From positions 1,922,001 to 1,986,000 of the forward strand of contig JBNRSN020000086.1 in NCBI GenBank assembly GCA_051313645.2: a stretch of 64,000 nt of DNA, given 5' to 3'. The translations under genes and the position numbers were made by a program. This stretch comes from Centroscyllium fabricii (Eukaryota). Below are positions 1 to 12,682 of the stretch, one piece after another (the first letter of the stretch is position 1; every line of letters starts with the position of its first letter). Below the pieces are notes generated by a model. The model saw nothing but the letters and a program-made list of their open reading frames with translations. It was not told the DNA's origin and ran no database searches.

Positions 1-254
1 TCCAATATTGCGATTGGCCAGATAACATTTTGGCTAGAGCTCAGAAGTGCGAAGCTGCCACTCCTGATGGGAGTCATCTCATTCTTGCTGGATCTGGCTT
101 TGCAGGGCGAAGTCCCTCAACCAATCCCGGAAGAGATGCTGCCATCCTTTGGCCCAGCATTTACTCATTCTTCCCCCTTCCACTCCCCCCCCCCCCCCCC
201 CCCCCCCCACACCAAATAAATTGGTAGGCAAGCCCACCACCGGCACACTGTGGC

Positions 255-627
255 TGCAATGTGTACCATCTACAAGATGCACTGCAGCAACTCGCCAAGG
301 CTTCTTCGGCTGCACCTCCCAAACCCACGACCTCTACCACCTAGAAGGTCAAGGGCAGCAGACGCATGGGAACACCACCACCTCCAAGTTGCCCTCCAAG
401 CCACACGCCATCCTGAACTTGGAAATATATCAGCCGTTCCTTCATCGTCGCTGGGTCAAAATCCTGGAACTCACTCCCTAACAGCACTGTGGGAGTACCT
501 TCATCACACGGACTGCAGTGGTTCAAGAAGGCGGCTCACCACCACCTTCTCAAGGGCAATTAGGAGGATGAGCAATAAATGCTGGCCTTGCCAGCGCCGC
601 CCACATCCCATGAATGAATAAATAAAA
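255..627 (+). mobile_element. 3' end of a CR1-clade LINE (decayed RT C-terminus plus tail)
   Basis: Translates across a frameshift to YKMHCSNSPRLL...SKSWNSLPNSTVG...FKKAAHHHLLKGN* and ends in a GAATGAATAAA tail. The same tail occurs at about 3030-3105 and 34255-34395. Confidence 0.75.
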
Positions 628-1424
628 TGCTACACTATTTAACCATGTACAGACAACAGCAGGGAACGGGTCCTGTTCCTTGAGAGAGTTTCCTCTCCAC
701 GCTGAATGTGGTGCTGACTATCCTGTCAGTCCAAAGCGATGCCTCTTGTTAGTGGACGCTGAAACTGAATCAGGCAGTGATGGAGATGCCAGACTGTCCC
801 TGTGCTGCCCTCTGAGAAGAGGAATGCTGTGCTGGCGATGACCTCTGAGGTGAGATTAGATTCATTGCTTGAGGAAGCAGTAGCGTCAGCGGTAGGATGC
901 TGAACCTGGTCACTGGAAATCATGATATCATGTCCACGGCTGCTAAAATTCGACTGGCGTCATTAGCTGTTTCACCAGTCTCGAGTTGGGCTACTTGTTA
1001 TTTGGGGAAATTGGACGAGCATGACCAGATCGATCGCAAATTAATTATCGGACTATAGTCGAGTAACAGACAAAAAAGAAGAACATGGTGCCCAATATAT
1101 TAATTCATCAATTGTGCTTTAATGGACTGAATGCACTTCCAAAAACACTCAGGACTGCAGTCACCGGAGAAGAATGGGTTAAGGTGGGAATCTAATCGAT
1201 GTTTGTGAAGGAGGATAGTGAGCTGGTTGTTGAATCAGTAACAATGGTCCATAGACTCGGGATATATTAACCAAAGGGGCGATGAGAACAATTTCCTCTA
1301 CACGGTGCGTCGTTGTGATCTGGAATGCGCTGCCGGAAAGGGCAGTGGAAGCAGATTCAGCAGTAACTTTCAAAAGAGAATTGAAAAGTTAAAATTTGGC
1401 GGGGCAACGGGTAAAGAGTGGGGC

Positions 1425-2086
1425 CAACATCCCTGCTAAGCTGCGCAGCCGCACTGCTGTCTGGAGGTCCCGCGCTGTTAACTCACTCACTCTGTGAGGA
1501 GGATCCACCCTAGCCTGGGGGTCTGGGTTCCTACTTTAGGAGACTAAACACGTTGGTCAGTCTGTCACTTTCTCAGTAATACACAAAGTCAGAGACTGTA
1601 AAATAATTAAAGTTTATTACCCAGTACTTCACTCTGAGAGACCCCTTGTGTTTGCCCACAAGCATAGCAACCCAGAAGTGCGCCCCGCTCGCTCTGAAAC
1701 TGCAATTATTTAAACAATACATAAATGCAAAAAGACCTTGCAAAAAGATTAAACGTACATGCTCAGCGAATAATTCTGAAAAACGAAAACAACTAATGAA
1801 AAAAAATAGAGACAGTACAAACCCAATTAAATGTCAACATCTTTGTGTTGACTCCTCCTTATCTTTGCAGCTGCAGCTTTGTTATGAAAAAGAGAGAAAG
1901 TGAAGATCTCTATGTAGAGACAGCCTGTCGCTATACTTCACCTCTTTGCTTCCAAACTTTTAACCCATGTCAAACTGTAGTAAAGCAATCTAGAATTAGC
2001 CAAAGTTTATCAGTGCAGCCCGGGACCCACTTTTCAAATCGGGAGATTGTGCGCATGACCCCATAAAAAAATTAGGGGGAACATTG
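1425..2086 (-). mobile_element. Non-autonomous hAT-type element inserted in a CR1 3' fragment
   Basis: Imperfect TIRs caacatccctgctaag / ttagggggaacattg. 8-bp TSD agtggggc (1417-1424) / agtgggac (2087-2094). Ends match the MITE at 32828-32990. Confidence 0.7.
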
Positions 2087-2279
2087 AGTGGGACTGATTT
2101 GGATAGCTCTATCCAAGAGCCAACATAGACACAATGGGCCAAATGGCCTCCTCCAGTGCTGTAAGAATCTATAATTACTAGAAGCACAACAGGAGGAGGT
2201 AGAAGCAATTTTTTCATTTTAAAACATTATTAGAGTATGGATTGTGTAAACTTAAGAGCGGCAGCAAAGGACTGAAGGG

Positions 2280-3105
2280 AGTGTTACGGCAGTGTAGCAG
2301 TTATGTAACTGGACTAGTACCCAGAGAACGTGAGTTTAAATCCCACCATGGTAATTTGAGAATTTGAATTCAATTTGTTTTTAAATCTGAAATCAAGAAC
2401 TGGTATCAGTAAAAGTGACCACAGAGCTGTTGGATTATCCTAAAAACCCAACTAGTTCACAAATGTCCTTTAGGGAAGGTAGCCTGCTGTCCTTACCCAG
2501 TTTAGCCTCTACAGCCCTCTGGATTCAACATAGAGTTCAACAATTTCAGATCATAACCTCGGCCCCTATCACATATATATATTTTCGTTTTTTATCCACA
2601 CTTTGTTTGGCCTTTTTTTCTTCCCTCCCACATGGCAGCTGTCCTTCGTTCTGCCAGCGCAATTCACACTTCATCTGGAGCCATCCTCTCTGTTCCTTAA
2701 CCTGTCCCATTGCTGCCTCCTCTTGCCTTGAATATCTCTTACTGTCTCTCAATGTCTCTCAATCTCTCCTGCTTTCTATCCTATCGCTGACCTTCCCTTT
2801 TGTTCTTTCATCCCCTCCCCCCATTCCCCAGCCCCTAACCTTGCTTTCCATTTCCCGTTTTTTTCCAGTTCTGACGAAGGGTCTTCGACCTGAAACGTTA
2901 ACTCTGTTTCTCTCTCCACCGATGCTGCCCTGGCCTGCTGAGTTTTTCCAGCGTTTTCTCTTGTTATTTCGGATTTCCAGCATCCGCAGTATTTTGCTAT
3001 CGTATTAGCCTCAATGTGCCTCCATCTTCCTCAGGGCAACTAGGGATGGGAATTAAAAGCCGAACCTGCCAGTGACACCCGCCTCCCAAGAATGAATAAG
3101 AAAAA
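2280..3105 (+). mobile_element. tRNA-derived SINE with CR1-type tail, interrupted by a Penelope-type terminus (about 2520-3005)
   Basis: Degenerate A/B-box head (gtgagtttaaatccc). The tail gggcaactagggatggg...gaatgaataag is shared with the LINE at 255-627. Confidence 0.55.
2867..2903 (+). ncRNA. Minimal type I hammerhead ribozyme motif in a Penelope-like terminus
   Basis: agtt-CTGACGA-ag-ggtc-ttc-gacc-t-GAAA-cgtt-aact: stem I agtt/aact, stem II ggtc/gacc, palindromic AACGTT in place of stem III. Confidence 0.65.
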
Positions 3106-3662
3106 AGTTAGGAGAATTTTTTTCGACACAGAAGGTTGTCGGAACATGCAACGATCTACCAAAACCTGCTGGAAGCAAAATCTATAAAAGCTTTTAAGAA
3201 GAAAAAGTTAAAAGGTCACAGGAAAAGGGCAGGACATTGAGACTAAATGGATAGCTCTTTCAGAGAGGCAGCATGGATATGGTGGGCCTTCTGTGCTGTC
3301 TGATTCTACATGTCTATTGAAGACAATTTAATCACAAGATTTAACGAAGAATCAGATAAACACTTAAGGAGAAAAATGTTAACGGTTACAGGGAAAGGGC
3401 AGCGAAGAGTAGGATTAGAGTAGGCAGTTCCAGTGGGGGAGATGACACGACGGGACCTAATGGTGTCCCTGTGCACCTTTCATGAAGAGCCATATTTTAG
3501 ATATCTACACCAAGGTAAAGGCATCAAGGGATATGGAACAAAGTTGAGTAAGTGGAATTGAGGTGCAGACCAGCCATCAGCGGAACATGCTCGAGGGACT
3601 GAATGGTCCACTCGTCTTCCTATGTTCCTACACAGACAGTTGTCCGCCTAATACTGAGTGAG

Positions 3663-4035
3663 AAACATAGAAGATAGGAGCAGGAGTAGGCCATTCGGCC
3701 CTTCGAGCCTGCTCCGCCATTCAATGAGATCATGGCTGATCATCCAAACCCAGTATCCCGCCCCTGCCCTCTCCCCATATCCCTATTGAGCCTGCACCGA
3801 CACATATCCCACCCTATCCCCGTAACCCCACATATTCAATCCTCCTAACACTAAGGGTCAATTTATCATGGCCAATCAACCTAACCCGCACATCTTTGGA
3901 TTGTGGGAGGAAACCGGAGCACCCGGAGGAAACCCACGCAGACACGGGGAGAATGTACAAACTCCACACAGATAGTGCCCGAGGCTGGATTTGAACCCGG
4001 GTCTCCAGTGCTGTAAGGCCAGTGCTCCAGTGCTG
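3663..4035 (-). mobile_element. HE1-like V-SINE (5' truncated)
   Basis: V-domain (gtggagtttg...ccgggtgctccggtttcctccc) and CR1-derived tail ending (atgtttct). Confidence 0.85.
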
Positions 4036-4716
4036 AGAGTACGAGTGTGCATAAGAGCGGGCGAGTGTGAGCTGGTGCCTGTGTCTTCTCAATAACAGGG
4101 GATCTCATAAAGGCCTCAATTACCCGGACAGCTACCTTCAGTGTTGAGTGGAATATGATCTCTAGAAAATAAATTCCATGTGGTTACAATTGCAGGAATT
4201 ATTGGGTGAAAAATTCTACAATGACTTTGGCAGTGCAGTACTGAATTAGCTGGCTGGCTCTGTGAGTATTAGACATATGGGCGAGTTAACCTCTGAAACA
4301 AATTAGCTTTTCACTAGCTTGATTAGCCACAGCATGAGAACTGTCAGAAAAATGTAATCTTTATATCGGTGAATTCGTGTAAAGAGCCTTGACAATCCAG
4401 TGTATTTTTTGTATGTCTGCATCTTCAGGTTTTCCGAACACACCCCGCCGCTCATGAATTTACATCTACTTCAGTGACAAGTAGCGGCTCCTTTGATGGT
4501 ACACGAAAAAACAAATCAAAAATGAAGGGGAATTAGAGTAGGTTTCAGACAGTAGACAGACTAATGATAAAAGAAAAACTGAACCTGGATTAAAAACAGA
4601 ACGTTCTGGAAATAACCAGCAAATGTCCGTCTGCATCTGAAAAGAGCAGAGGCAAGTTAACATTTCTGGTGGTAGGGGGCTACACCGGAAATGTTGCCCT
4701 TTCCCGAGACCCCGTC

Positions 4717-5110
4717 TGCGGCACGGTGGCTCAGTGGTTAGCACTGTTGCCTCACAGCACTGGAGACCCGGGTTCAAATCCAGCCTCGGGTACTATCTGT
4801 GTGGAGTTTGCACATTCTCAACGTGTCTGCGTGGGTTTCCTCCGGGTGCTGCGGTTTCCTCCCACAGTCCAAAGATGTGCGGGTTAGGTTGATTGGATAT
4901 AATAAATTGACCCTTAGTGTTAGGGGGATTGAATATGTGGGGTTACGGGGATAGGGTGGGATATGTGTCGGTGCAGGCTCGAGAGGGATATGGGGACAAG
5001 GCAGGGGCGGGGTACTGGGTTTGGATGATCAGCCATGATCTCATTGAATGGCGGAGCAGGCTCGAAGGGCCGAATGTCCTACTCCTGCTCCTATCTTCTA
5101 TGTTTCTATG
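4717..5110 (+). mobile_element. HE1-like V-SINE inserted in a DeuSINE
   Basis: tRNA head gcggcacggtggctcagtggttagc...gggttcaaatcc, V-domain and CR1-type tail. The flanks join to DeuSINE sequence (ccccgtctg|ctctctcagg). Confidence 0.85.
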
Positions 5111-5146
5111 CTCTCTCAGGTGAATGTAAAAGATCCCACAGCACTA

Positions 5147-5425
5147 CAGGTTGTGCACCGTTAATCCAGCACCGTCGGGACCAGGCCGGTGCCGGACTAG
5201 TGAAAAATCCGAAAGACTGAAGGTTCGGCGCGCGCATGCGCAGACCATTCAAAATGGCCGCCGCACATGCGCAAACCATTCAAAATGGCCGCTACACATG
5301 AACAGACCATTCAAAATGGCCGCTGCACATGCGCAGACCAGTCGGGGAGAGGCTGCCAGACGAATTCGTGCCGGACCACTGAAGGTGCTGAATTATCGGG
5401 TGCCGGATTAACGGTGCACAGCCTG
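5147..5425. mobile_element. Tigger/pogo-like MITE
   Basis: TA TSD and about 25-bp TIR caggttgtgcaccgttaatcc. Internal gcgcatgcgc / caaaatggccg repeats. Confidence 0.85.
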
Positions 5426-5844
5426 TATTATGAAGAAGAGCAGGGGAGTTATGACTGGTGCCCTGGCCCTAAATCTGTCCCTCAATCAACATCACTAAAA
5501 ACAGATTATCTGCTCATTATCTCGTTGCTGTTTGTGGGATCCTGCTGTGCGCAAATTAGCTGCCGCGTCTTCCCTGCATTGCAACAGTGACCACACTTCA
5601 AAACGAACTTGATTCTAGTTGTTTCTTTCTGCTCTCTTCAGGCGTTAACGGACCTTCTGTGCCGTTCCAAAATATTCTACCGTTTATTTTGTAGTTGGGA
5701 ACTGATCTCTGCTCCCCGTGACAAGGTGCGTCGGCCTCTTATTGGACGAATCCAAGAGCGGAGCACGGAAGAGCCCGCAAGATTGAAACTCTCAGCCTCC
5801 CAAATAAGGAGAGGGGTGAGGGTCAGACAGGGAGTGAAATCATG

Positions 5845-5944
5845 GAATAAAATCAGAACATTATTGGGAACACTCAGCAGGTCAGGCAGCATCTGTGGAG
5901 AGAGAAACAGAGTTAATGTTTCAGGTCGGTGACCTTTCGTCAAT
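5845..5944 (-). mobile_element. Penelope-type terminus with degenerate hammerhead motif
   Basis: Reverse complement of the 2870-2965 module. The core reads TTGACGA...GAAACATT. Confidence 0.6.
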
Positions 5945-6373
5945 GGAATAATGGAGCCTGCATTGTAGCAGGTCCTTCAGCTAACCCATGTGGAAGAGCT
6001 AACCATTCATGAAAGCCTTCGATTTTTTTTAACAATCCTTTTTTTAAGACTGGGAGTAGTTCTGTTCTCTGTCGCTGTTTGATTAACATTAAAGCAGAGG
6101 ACTCGGTGCCGTATTTCCTGCCCCATTTGCCCCCCTGCCCCGCTAACATCCCTTCTCTAACACCAGCTTTAAAAAATATATATTAAGAAAGTGCTAGAAT
6201 AGAAAGGAATACATAAAAGAAAAACTGAAATCAAACATTGTAAGAAAGTTGTAAGTGAGGACCACCTAACTTGTTTCACTTTGTTTTATTCTCCCTCATT
6301 CTTACTTTTCTGTCAGTCTTGTTTATGTCTTCTCTCTCTTTCTCTACCTCTGTGCATCTCTATATTCTCTATA

Positions 6374-6820
6374 CAGGTCCGGCACCATTAATCCGGAAAC
6401 TTCAGTCGTCCGGAACGAATCCGGCCGACTGGTTTGCGCATGCGCAAAATGGCCACCGCGCTTGTCTGCGCATGCCCGGGCCTCTGCCTGACTGGTCTGC
6501 GCATGCGCAAAATGGCCACCGCGCTTGGCTGCGCATGCCCGGGCCTCTCCCCGACTGGTCAGTGCATGTGCAAAATATCCACCGCGCATGCCCGGGCCTC
6601 TCCCCGGCTGCCCGACTGGTCTGTGCATGTACAAAGTGGCCACTGCGCTTGGCTGCGCATGCCCGGGCCTCGCCCCGAACGATTGATGCTTCGGCGAGCG
6701 CATGTGCAGACCATTCAAAATGGCCGTCGGCGTGCACGGCAGCCATTTGGAATGGTCTGCGCATGCGCTCGCCGAAGCCTCAATCGTTCGGGTTTTTCCC
6801 TAGTCCGGCACCGGTGTCGG
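6374..6820. mobile_element. Tigger/pogo-like MITE with internal tandem repeats (right end truncated)
   Basis: Left TIR caggtccggcaccattaatccgg after TA. About 60-bp internal repeats containing TGCGCATGCGCAAAATGGCC. Confidence 0.75.
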
Positions 6821-6849
6821 ACCTGCTAAATCCCAACCAGTCAGCTCAG

Positions 6850-7700
6850 CAGTGACATTGGGGCCGTCTCACTCTGGACATTGTCTCTCCAGCTCTTCAT
6901 TGGTCTTCCTCGGCTTCTTGTTCTTGCTGGCCTATGCTAGCTCCCGATCTAACAACACCTCAATTTTAAAATTCTCATCCTTGTCTTCAAATCCCTCCAT
7001 GGTCTCGCCCCCCCCCTCCCTATCTCTGTAATCTCCTCCAGCTCTACAATCCTCTGAGATCTCTGCAATCCTCCAATTGTGGCCTCTTGTGCATCCCCGA
7101 TTTTAATCGTTCCACCATTGGCGGCCGTGCCTTCAGCTGCTTAGGCCCTAAGTTTTGGAATTCCCTCCATTAACCTCTTTACCTCTCGCTCCTCATTTAA
7201 GATGGTCATTGAAACCTACCTCTTAGACCAAGCTTTTGGTCACCTGTCCTGATAGCGCCTTCTCTGGAAAAATGTTTTTATTGACTCTTGTTAAGCGCCT
7301 TGGGACGTTTTGCTACGTTAAAGGTGCTATATAAATGCAAGTTGTTGTTCTACCTCTGTGTACAGGGCCACAAAAGGTATTCTTGCCATTTTCAATCTTG
7401 TAAAGTGCCCAAACCATCACTGTAGCCTTTCTTGGACCTTCTGTATAAGCATTCTTTCTTGTCCAAGTCAAGTTCTGCTTGTATCATTCTTGATTCATTG
7501 CCTCCTGGATAGTCCCTAATATTCCTCTCAACCGACTCATCTCTGCCTTTGGTATCTTGTGTCCGTCCACTTTTCTTATGTTCCAGCACTCGGATCTGTA
7601 TAATAATATGGGGAGGAAATGTTAATATGTAATGCAAATGTTCTGCTTTCCACTTGCACGTTGTCAGTTAGTCTCTGACTCAGAAGTTGCTGTAAGGACA
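6850..7700 (-). mobile_element. Decayed RTE-clade LINE fragment interrupted by an L2 3' end (6955-7350, + strand)
   Basis: Minus-strand motifs WFGHFTRL and RSRGRPMKSWRDNV, typical of the RTE C-terminus. The L2 tail ends aaatgcaagttgttg. Confidence 0.55.
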
Positions 7701-9272
7701 TTTTGTTTGATACCGTCCTTTGAAGCACTTTGGGGCTTCTTACTACGCTAAAGATGCTATATAAATGAAAGTTGTTGTTGCTGGAAGTGACCGCTGGTTC
7801 TTCAGAGGACCGAATGGTTGTTGGGATCCGTGAGCCAGCTTGGCTCGGTTGTTGGTACGTAGCACTGTGCCCGCTCTGGGCTGGGAGTTCAAGCCCCAAG
7901 GCATTGCTTCAAAAACTCTTATATTTTACCAAAGTATCTTTTGCCTTCTATATCTTGCTCCATCTTCCAAAAGCATAGAGTTATACAGCACAGAAAGAGG
8001 ACCTTCGGCCCATCGTGTCCACGCAGGGCAATCAAGCCCTGTCTATTCTAATCCCATTTTCCAGCACTTGGTCCGTAGCCTTGTATGCTATGGTGGTTCA
8101 AGTGCTCATCTAAATGCTTCTTGAATGTTGTGAGGGTTCCTGCCTCTACCACCCTTTCAGGCAGTGAGTTCCAGATTCCAACCACCCTCTGGGTGAAAAA
8201 GCTCCTCCTCAAATCCCCTCTAAACCTCCTGCCCCTTGCCTTGAAACTATGCCCTCTGGTTATTGACCCCTCTACCAAGGAGAAAAGTTCCTTTCTATTT
8301 ACCCTATCTATGCCCCTCATAATTTTGTACACCTCAATCAGGTCCCCCCTCAGCCTTCTCTGCTCTAAGGAAAACAACCCCAGCCTGTCCAGTCTTTCTT
8401 CATAGCTGAAGCACTCCAGCCCAGGTAACACCCTGGTGAATCTCCTCTGCACCCTCTCCAATGCAACCACATCCTTCCTATAGTGCGGCGACCAGAACTG
8501 CACACAGTATTCCAGCTGTGGCCTAACTAGTGTTTTGTACAGCTCCATCATAACCTCCCTGCTCTTGCCTTCATTAGCCGAGGCATAGAATATAAGTATC
8601 CCATATGCCTTTTTAACCACCTTGTCTACCTGCCCTGCTGCCTTCAGGAATCTATGTACATGCACACCAAGGTCCCTCTGATCCTCTGTCTTTCCTAGGG
8701 TCTTACCATTCATGGTGTACTCCCTTGCCTTGTTAGTCCTTCCAAAATGCATCACCTCACACTTTTCAGGGTTACATTCAATTTGCCACTGTTCCGCCCA
8801 TCTGACCAACCCATCTATATCGTCCTGTAGGTTGAGGCTTCCCTCCTCGCTATTTACCACTCCACCAATATTCGTGTCATCTGCGAACATACCTCCTACA
8901 TTCATATCTAAATGTGCACTACAAACAGCAAAGGACCCAGCACCAATCCCTGCGGTACACCACTGGACACAGGCTTCCAGTCACAAAAACAACCTTCTAC
9001 CATCACCCTCTGCCTCCTGCCACTAAGCCAATTTTGGATCCAATGTGCCAAATTGCCCTGGATCCCACGGGCTTTTACCTTCTTGACCAGTCTCCCATGC
9101 AGGACTTTGTCAAAAGCCTTACTGAAGTCCAAGTAGACTACAGCAACTGCACTACCCTCGTCCACACGCCTAGTCAACCCCTCGAAAAATTCAATCAAGT
9201 TGGTCAGACATGATCTTCCCTTGACAAAGCCATGCTGACTATCCTTGATTAATTGTTGTCTCTCCAAGTGAA

Positions 9273-9364
9273 TCTCGTCACTTCACCTGAGGAAGGAGCA
9301 GCGCTCCGAAAGCTTGTGATAAAACTGTTGGACTATAACCTGGTGTTGTGTGACTTCTTACAAT
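9273..9364 (+). mobile_element. 92-bp Penelope-type terminus insertion carrying a hammerhead motif (9283-9319)
   Basis: 12-bp TSD tctccaagtgaa (9261-9272, 9365-9376). Motif tcac-CTGAGGA-a-ggagc-agc-gctcc-GAAA-gctt-gtga. Confidence 0.75.
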
Positions 9365-9937
9365 TCTCCAAGTGAAGACTAATTCTGTCCCTCAGAATTT
9401 TTTTCAATAATTTCCCGACCACTGATGTTAGGCTCACTGGTCTGTAATTCTCTGGTTTATCCCTACTACCCTTCTTGAACAATGGTACTACATTAGCTGT
9501 TCTCCAGTCCTCTGGCACATCCCCTGTGGCCAGAGAGGTTCTGAAACTTTGTGTCAGAGCCCCTGCAATCTCCTCCCTTGCCTCACACAGCAGCCTGGGA
9601 TACATCTCGTTTGGGCCTGGGGATTTATCCACTTTTAAGCCCACTAAAACTGCGAGTACCTCCTCCCTCTCAATACTAATGTATATCACAATCCCCCTGC
9701 CTGATTTCTATGCCTACATCGTCCTTCTCCATAGTGAACACAGATGCAAAATATTTATTTAAAACCCCACCTACATCTTCCGGCTCTACACACAGATTGC
9801 CACTTTGGTCCCTAATGGGCCCTACTTAGGGTTGCAAAATTCCGGGAATTTTTAAAAGAGGAAACTTTCAATGGGAAATTATGGGAATTTTTGAGTTTTT
9901 TTGCACACTGATGGTTTTTGTCTCTGACCCTTATAAT

Positions 9938-10671
9938 GGCCCAGAAATTCGGGTCGGAGGCTTCCCGTGGGTGCGAGCCTCCAACCTCCACTTAACTAGC
10001 GCGCCGGCCGTTGAGCTGTGGGCCCGCGTGGAATTCCAATGCGGGGCCTTCCTCAACTGCCGGCGCGCAGTGCTCGCGTATCCCAGCGGCGCAGTTAGTG
10101 TGAGGGATCGTGTGGGATCACGGGGAGCAAATCGGAGCACAGAATGCTCCATTCATAAGTTTGACAGAAAGACCTGTCAAAAGTATGAAAACTACAAGCC
10201 CCAAAACATCACTAAATCTTCAACTAAATTTTTTTTTAAATCACATTTTATAAAAATAACTATCAATTACATTAAATAACTATTTAAAACAAGAATTTAA
10301 ATTTTTGAAAAAATTCTTTATTTTTCCTAACGGGGCTAAAAAAAACCTTACCTTTCATTAAAGTATTTAAAAATAATAAACCTGTGGAAAAAGTGGTTTA
10401 ATTTGAATTAATTCACCACTTACCTTGTTAAAACCAGGCTTTGCACATTAAAATATCAGCCGTAACTTTTCATACTTACCCGGACACAGAATCTTATATA
10501 AAATATTGCGCACACGCTGCCGCTCCCGCGCACGCGTTCCAACCTCTGAACCCTTCTGTCAGGGGATCGGAAGTGCTGGTTTCGCGCGCATGCACGAAAC
10601 CGGCACTTTGGATGGGCCTATGCAGGAGTACCCAGCACGTACTCGCGCGTTGGGACCCAAATTTCTGGGCC
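9938..10671. mobile_element. Harbinger-like MITE nested in the hAT element
   Basis: TIR ggcccagaaattcgggtc / gacccaaatttctgggcc (extends to ataat/attat). GC-rich arms, AT-rich centre, no ORF. Confidence 0.7.
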
Positions 10672-10886
10672 ATTATCTTTGTCATCAAAATAGACATACT
10701 GTTCCATACAAATAAAAACAGGCTTTGAAAACTTTATTTAGGTTATAATTTTGGACTTTATTGAACCCTCACAAAAAAGACCCGTCAAAAATAGAATAAA
10801 AGAGCGTCAGCGTATTTAGCCTGTAATTTGCCCTTATTTTGACCCTTTGAGTCTTCTACTCATGAGTTTTCTGAGTCTTCTACTCA

Positions 10887-12682
10887 TCATTGCTCCTCCT
10901 GATTCTCTGACTCTGGCTCTGACGTGTCCATTTCCTCCTCTGTGTCACTGTCTAGCTGTGTGGTGGACACTTCTGTATTTGGCTCAATAAGTTGTAGGTT
11001 CGCCCGGATAGCCACCAGTTTCTCCACTCTCTTGTCAGTCAGCCTGTTGCGCACCTTTGTATGCGTATTCCCAAAAAGTGACCAGTTTCGTTCAGAGGCC
11101 GCTGATGAAGGTGGGATTTGGAGTATCACTGATGCAATGGGTGACAGGGCCTCAGATGCACAAAGTCCCTTCCACCAGGTATGTGCACTGATATGCTTGC
11201 ATGATTCCCATATCCTGTCCCCATTCCAAAGACCTTGCTTGGTAGGGAACTTTGCCAGACTTCCCGGAACTTTGCCCACATCCAGATTGAGATGGTGTGA
11301 GAGGGTAGAAATCACACTGCAAGCGCTGTTGGTCTGTTCTCCAGAAAGTATTGGTCTCCCAACATGCTTTGGGTCCAGCATGTATGCTGCAGCATGAATC
11401 GGCTTGACACAAAATTCTTGGCGCGTCTGTATGAATTGAACAATTGCCTTCTTTGCTTTGAGCAGCAGGGATGTGGGTGGGCCAATGCTGATTTGTTCTT
11501 TTAAATCAGCAAAAAGCCTGAGAACTTCTGACAAGACAGCGTCATCTCCTTCAATCTGAGCAATTGCAGATGCTACTGGAGAGAGTAGTTTAAGGCTGCT
11601 AACCACTCTCTCCCAAAACACATCATCCAGCAGTATTTTCTTGATGGTGGTTTCCATATCCCCAGACTGGGATATTGCCATTTCTTGCAGCGACTCCTTA
11701 CCCTCCAGAAGGCTGTTGTACATTATGACAACGCCGCCCCATCTAGTGTTGCTGGGCAGCTTCAGTGTGGTGTTCTTGCTCTTTGTCGTTTGCTTGGAGT
11801 TGTAGGTTGCTGCAACTACCTGTTTTCCCCTGACATACTTAACAACTTGCTTGGCTCTCTTGTACAGTGTTTCCATGGTTCTCAAACCCATGATGTCCTT
11901 GAGGAGCAGGTTGAGCCCATGAGCTGCGCACCCAATAGACGTACTATGAGGGTAGGCCTCCTCCACTTGAGCCCAAGCAGCCTTCATATTCGCAGCATTG
12001 TCAGTAACTACTGCAAAGACCTTATGTGATCCAAGATTTCAGCTCATCAGCAATGTCTGTGTCTGTGTGTCTGTTGTCCTTTGTGTCTGTGCTCTTAAAG
12101 AACACTGGGAGAGGAGTGGAGGCGATGTAGTTTATGATGCCTTCCCTCGTACATTTGACCACCCATCTGAGATAACTGCAACACAGTCTGCCATCTCTAT
12201 CATTTCTTTGAGTTGTCCTTGGGCTCTGTTATACTCAGCCTCCAGCAAATAAGTAGACAAAGCATGTCTGGTGGGAGGACAGTATGCAGGGCGAATAACA
12301 TTGAAAAATCTCTTCCAGTACACATTGGCTGTGAGCATGAGGGGTGAGCCTGTCACATATACAGCTCGAGCAAGGCACTCATCTGCATTCTTCTGGCTAT
12401 GGTTATCCATTGTATCAAAGAACCTTCCAAGTGGGCAGGAGTTGCTGATGATAAGGAGCCTGATGCTGAATGTGAACCATCATCTTCTTGATTGGAAGCA
12501 GAGAAACTCTGGGCTGACTGCTGTGAGCTTCGAGTGAAGTTGTTGCATTTGGATAAATACTGCTACATCTTTGTGGCATTCTTTACATATGGCTTTGTAC
12601 AGTGTTTGTATATGTACACAGTCTTTCCATCTTCAATGCCTGAGGTAAAATGCTTCCACACATCCGACGGTAAACGTGGCAT
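10887..12682 (-). pseudogene. hAT transposase (BED finger, DUF659-like core, C-terminal dimerisation domain), disrupted
   Basis: MPRLPSDVWKHF...KHC (BED finger), ISDGWSNV, GCAAHGLNLL, NTRW, AYMLDPK, IPPSSAASERNWS. Premature stop at about 12563 plus frameshifts. Confidence 0.9.

Noticed and set aside
185-208. Long C run (also the G run at 27666-27691) as a G-quadruplex element
   Set aside because: Simple homopolymer expansions within or next to decayed repeats; lengths may be unreliable.
700-1030. Coding-like unique stretch
   Set aside because: The frames examined have stops or no recognisable motif.
4429-4498. Possible + strand host exon (ttcag|VFRTHPAAHEFTSTSVTSSGSFD|gtacac)
   Set aside because: Weak donor site and no recognisable protein similarity; cannot be supported without RNA or homology data.
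4717-4790. tRNA genes
   Set aside because: All tRNA-like segments are SINE heads continuing into V or Deu domains.
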